Assembly (NCBI RefSeq): GCF_052425735.1
Contig: NC_135771.1
Location: 5,580,001 to 5,644,000 of the forward strand
Direction: 5' to 3'
Length of the DNA stretch: 64,000 bases
Source: Oculina patagonica
Lineage: Eukaryota
The notes beneath the pieces were generated by a model that saw only the letters and a list, made by a program, of their open reading frames with translations, was not told the DNA's origin and searched no databases. The translations under genes were made by a program, and so were the position numbers. Positions 61,561 through 64,000 of this stretch are shown one piece after another. The stretch's first letter is position 1. Each line of letters starts with the position of its first letter.

Positions 61561-64000
61561 ATCTTGAAAAGGAACCTCATTTCAGTCTGTTGAAAACAAT
61601 TATTTAGAAAATCGTAATAGTTGCTTGTTTCCCCATTTGGAAAAATATCGTAACATTTGATTGCTTGTTTCCCCATCAGGTCTCCAGTTTAACAACAAAT
61701 GGTCTGATAGTTGCCCCTTGGAAATTTGATGTTCTTAAAACTATTTTAAGAACATTAATTTCCTGCAGGGCAAATATTAGTCAATAGTTCCTTGACAGAA
61801 AAATGCAGGCATATTAAATAGTGTATCACAAGGCAGCTCAAAGGTCCTTTTGATTAAATTTATTTAAACATAGCCCCGTAGCTGGTCATAGGCCCCATAT
61901 GCCTGTCATACACTGTCATGTGTACATGTCATACATCATACAAAAGTAAGTGGCCATTTTTTATCTTTTAGGACCTGAAAGAGAATAAAGAACAATAAAC
62001 CAAATGAAAACAACTGGAAGCTTCAAGACTCACTAAGGACAGATGTGACCAAATGAAGTGCAGACTAAGCCAAATGGGGTGTGGACGAGAGACCAAAGAT
62101 CTCAAAGACATGGTGAATGACCTTAATTTTTCTTCTTTGAATAGTTTGTAATAAATTATAATAGGTCCCCTGTATAAGTTACTACACCTTCAGAAATGCT
62201 ATTTCATGCTATAGAAACTAAAGATATGTCCCGGTTTTATGGGCCTCTAGACTCAAACACGAATGTTACCTTACCTTCAGTAAATATTTTATTTCATCAA
62301 GGTTTTTCATGTAGGGAGCGTGCAAAGATCGGGAAGTGCATGTCCTATAACCAGAGGCTAGTGGATTTTATCCTTCACTTGCTTTGATGGGCAAATGAAA
62401 GTTTTCAGGGAAAAGTTTTGAAGAAATAGAGGCATGGTTGCCAGGATTTTGTTTGGGCCAGTAAAAATGACTTTTGTGCTAGTACATCCTGGCTACAGGA
62501 TGTACTAGCCCAAACATGGTCATGTTAGCTTAAAGAGACTGTGTCACGGCGGAGACATTTTTTTTTTGTTACGTTTTGCCAAATACTTGCTACAAAACTT
62601 GATATTTGCAAAGAAATTACTTCTATGGATGTAAATTAACTACCGGTAAATAAATAAAATTAACTTTGCTACATCCTGGAAAATTGAATTTCTTTGCACC
62701 CTGCAGTGGGCTGTGCACCAGATTTTCTACTTTGTAGATCAACTGGGTTATCCTATAAGTGACCTCAGAGGTTTCCAGTTCTTAACAAGAAATCCTCCCC
62801 CTCTTCCCATGTGGAACACTACATGTTCAAAATAAATTTTATTAATATGTGAAATGGCATTTTAGGTTTCTGCTAGTTTCCTGGTTTTTCCAACCAGTTG
62901 ACATAGAATTACCTATTAATATTATAACAGGGTTGGGAGAGGTAATGGGGATCAAAGATAAAAATGTCCACAAAGAACAGGCCAAATGGGCCATGACTTC
63001 AAGGCTTAAAACCCCCAACATCTGATGTCGCTTCCCCCCCCCCCCCCGGTCCCCCTCCCTGTCCCCACCCACCAGTCCCATGTCCTCGAGTACCATGTCC
63101 CCATTTCCTACGTCCCGGAGTCACACGTCCCCATCAGTGTCCCATGTCCCTGTGTCCCAGGACACGCATCCCCATGTCCCAAACACACTTTGACATGTCC
63201 CAGTCCCCACGTCCCCATCCCACTTTTAGTCACAGCCATATTTAATCATCTACATAAGGTTTTGTCTTCCCTTTAGGCCACTCCTATATGCAACTTACAT
63301 GTAATAAATGTGGTTGGAACTGTTGAACTAAGACTTTGTTTTTATCTTAATTTTAAGAACTTGCATTCCTGACACGAGGAGGACACCAGCACATCCACTC
63401 CAGAAACACATGAAGAGTGCTGTCCAAGACAGACCAACATAAACATGTGGAGGATTAAAAGCAGGCGACAAGGTGAGATTGTTTAATTTCTCCCTACATG
63501 CACGTTGTCCATAAATTATTACTGACAGGAATATGCATACATGTAGATCTCAAAAAGATAGTTATCATTTATTAATAGAGTGAATTCGTGTAACCCGTTT
63601 TTTATATGTTAATGAGTCGTATAATATTCTAATGTTTGTGTACAATAAAACAATACACGAGTGGTCAGAAAACCTCAAAGAAATCACTTTAATAGTTATA
63701 CAGAAAATAAGTATAAACAGGACGTGTCTTTCTTAAAGCAGTTTAAGAACATGTTCAACCTAAATCGAAAATTAGTGGTCTGGTTCAAATCACGCAGGAT
63801 TTTAGTCATTTCACATTGTTGTTTTTCAGAAGATGGGAAAGAAATTTGCCAAGGGTAATAGAATTCGTGCACAGCTATTTTCCTGCTCATTAAACCTTTT
63901 GTTTGCTAAACAAAAGTTGTTTGTCATCGTGATTTGCTAAAGCTCCCCATTGGATTGCTCGCGCAGAATTGTGTTACAGTCAAGTTTTATTGTTTTTCTT

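Overview
Animal nuclear DNA: AT-rich, spliceosomal GT-AG introns, many MITEs and SINEs, three N gaps. The gene and repeat style suggests an anthozoan, probably a stony coral (inference). (1) Positions <402-38862 on the minus strand hold a large ADAM-type metalloprotease gene. I traced 35 phase-consistent exons by hand (~1346 aa; the gene runs off the left edge). Order: signal peptide, prodomain, reprolysin (HEMGHNFGMDHD), disintegrin, an inserted 293-aa cassette, Cys-rich, EGF-like, TSP1, then two fibrinogen/intelectin-like modules. The cassette reads C-terminal part of a discoidin (F5/8 type C) domain, ricin-type beta-trefoil, N-terminal part of a discoidin domain. This is an apparent circularly permuted discoidin and is the top finding. 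The introns host an antisense class A GPCR, an antisense intronless myosin light chain, a well-formed HDV-like ribozyme and two Penelope-type minimal hammerheads. (2) A divergent 3-exon, ~400-aa gene of unknown function at 40802-44160. (3) A mirror-image histone cluster at 46.1-57.5 kb (H2B< H2A> H4< H3> H1> H3< H4> H2A< H2B>) with a variant 3' stem-loop and a conserved downstream element. (4) A repeat-rich right end with weak hints of a divergent promoter. All exon, fold and repeat calls were made by eye without database searches; coordinates may be off by a few bases.
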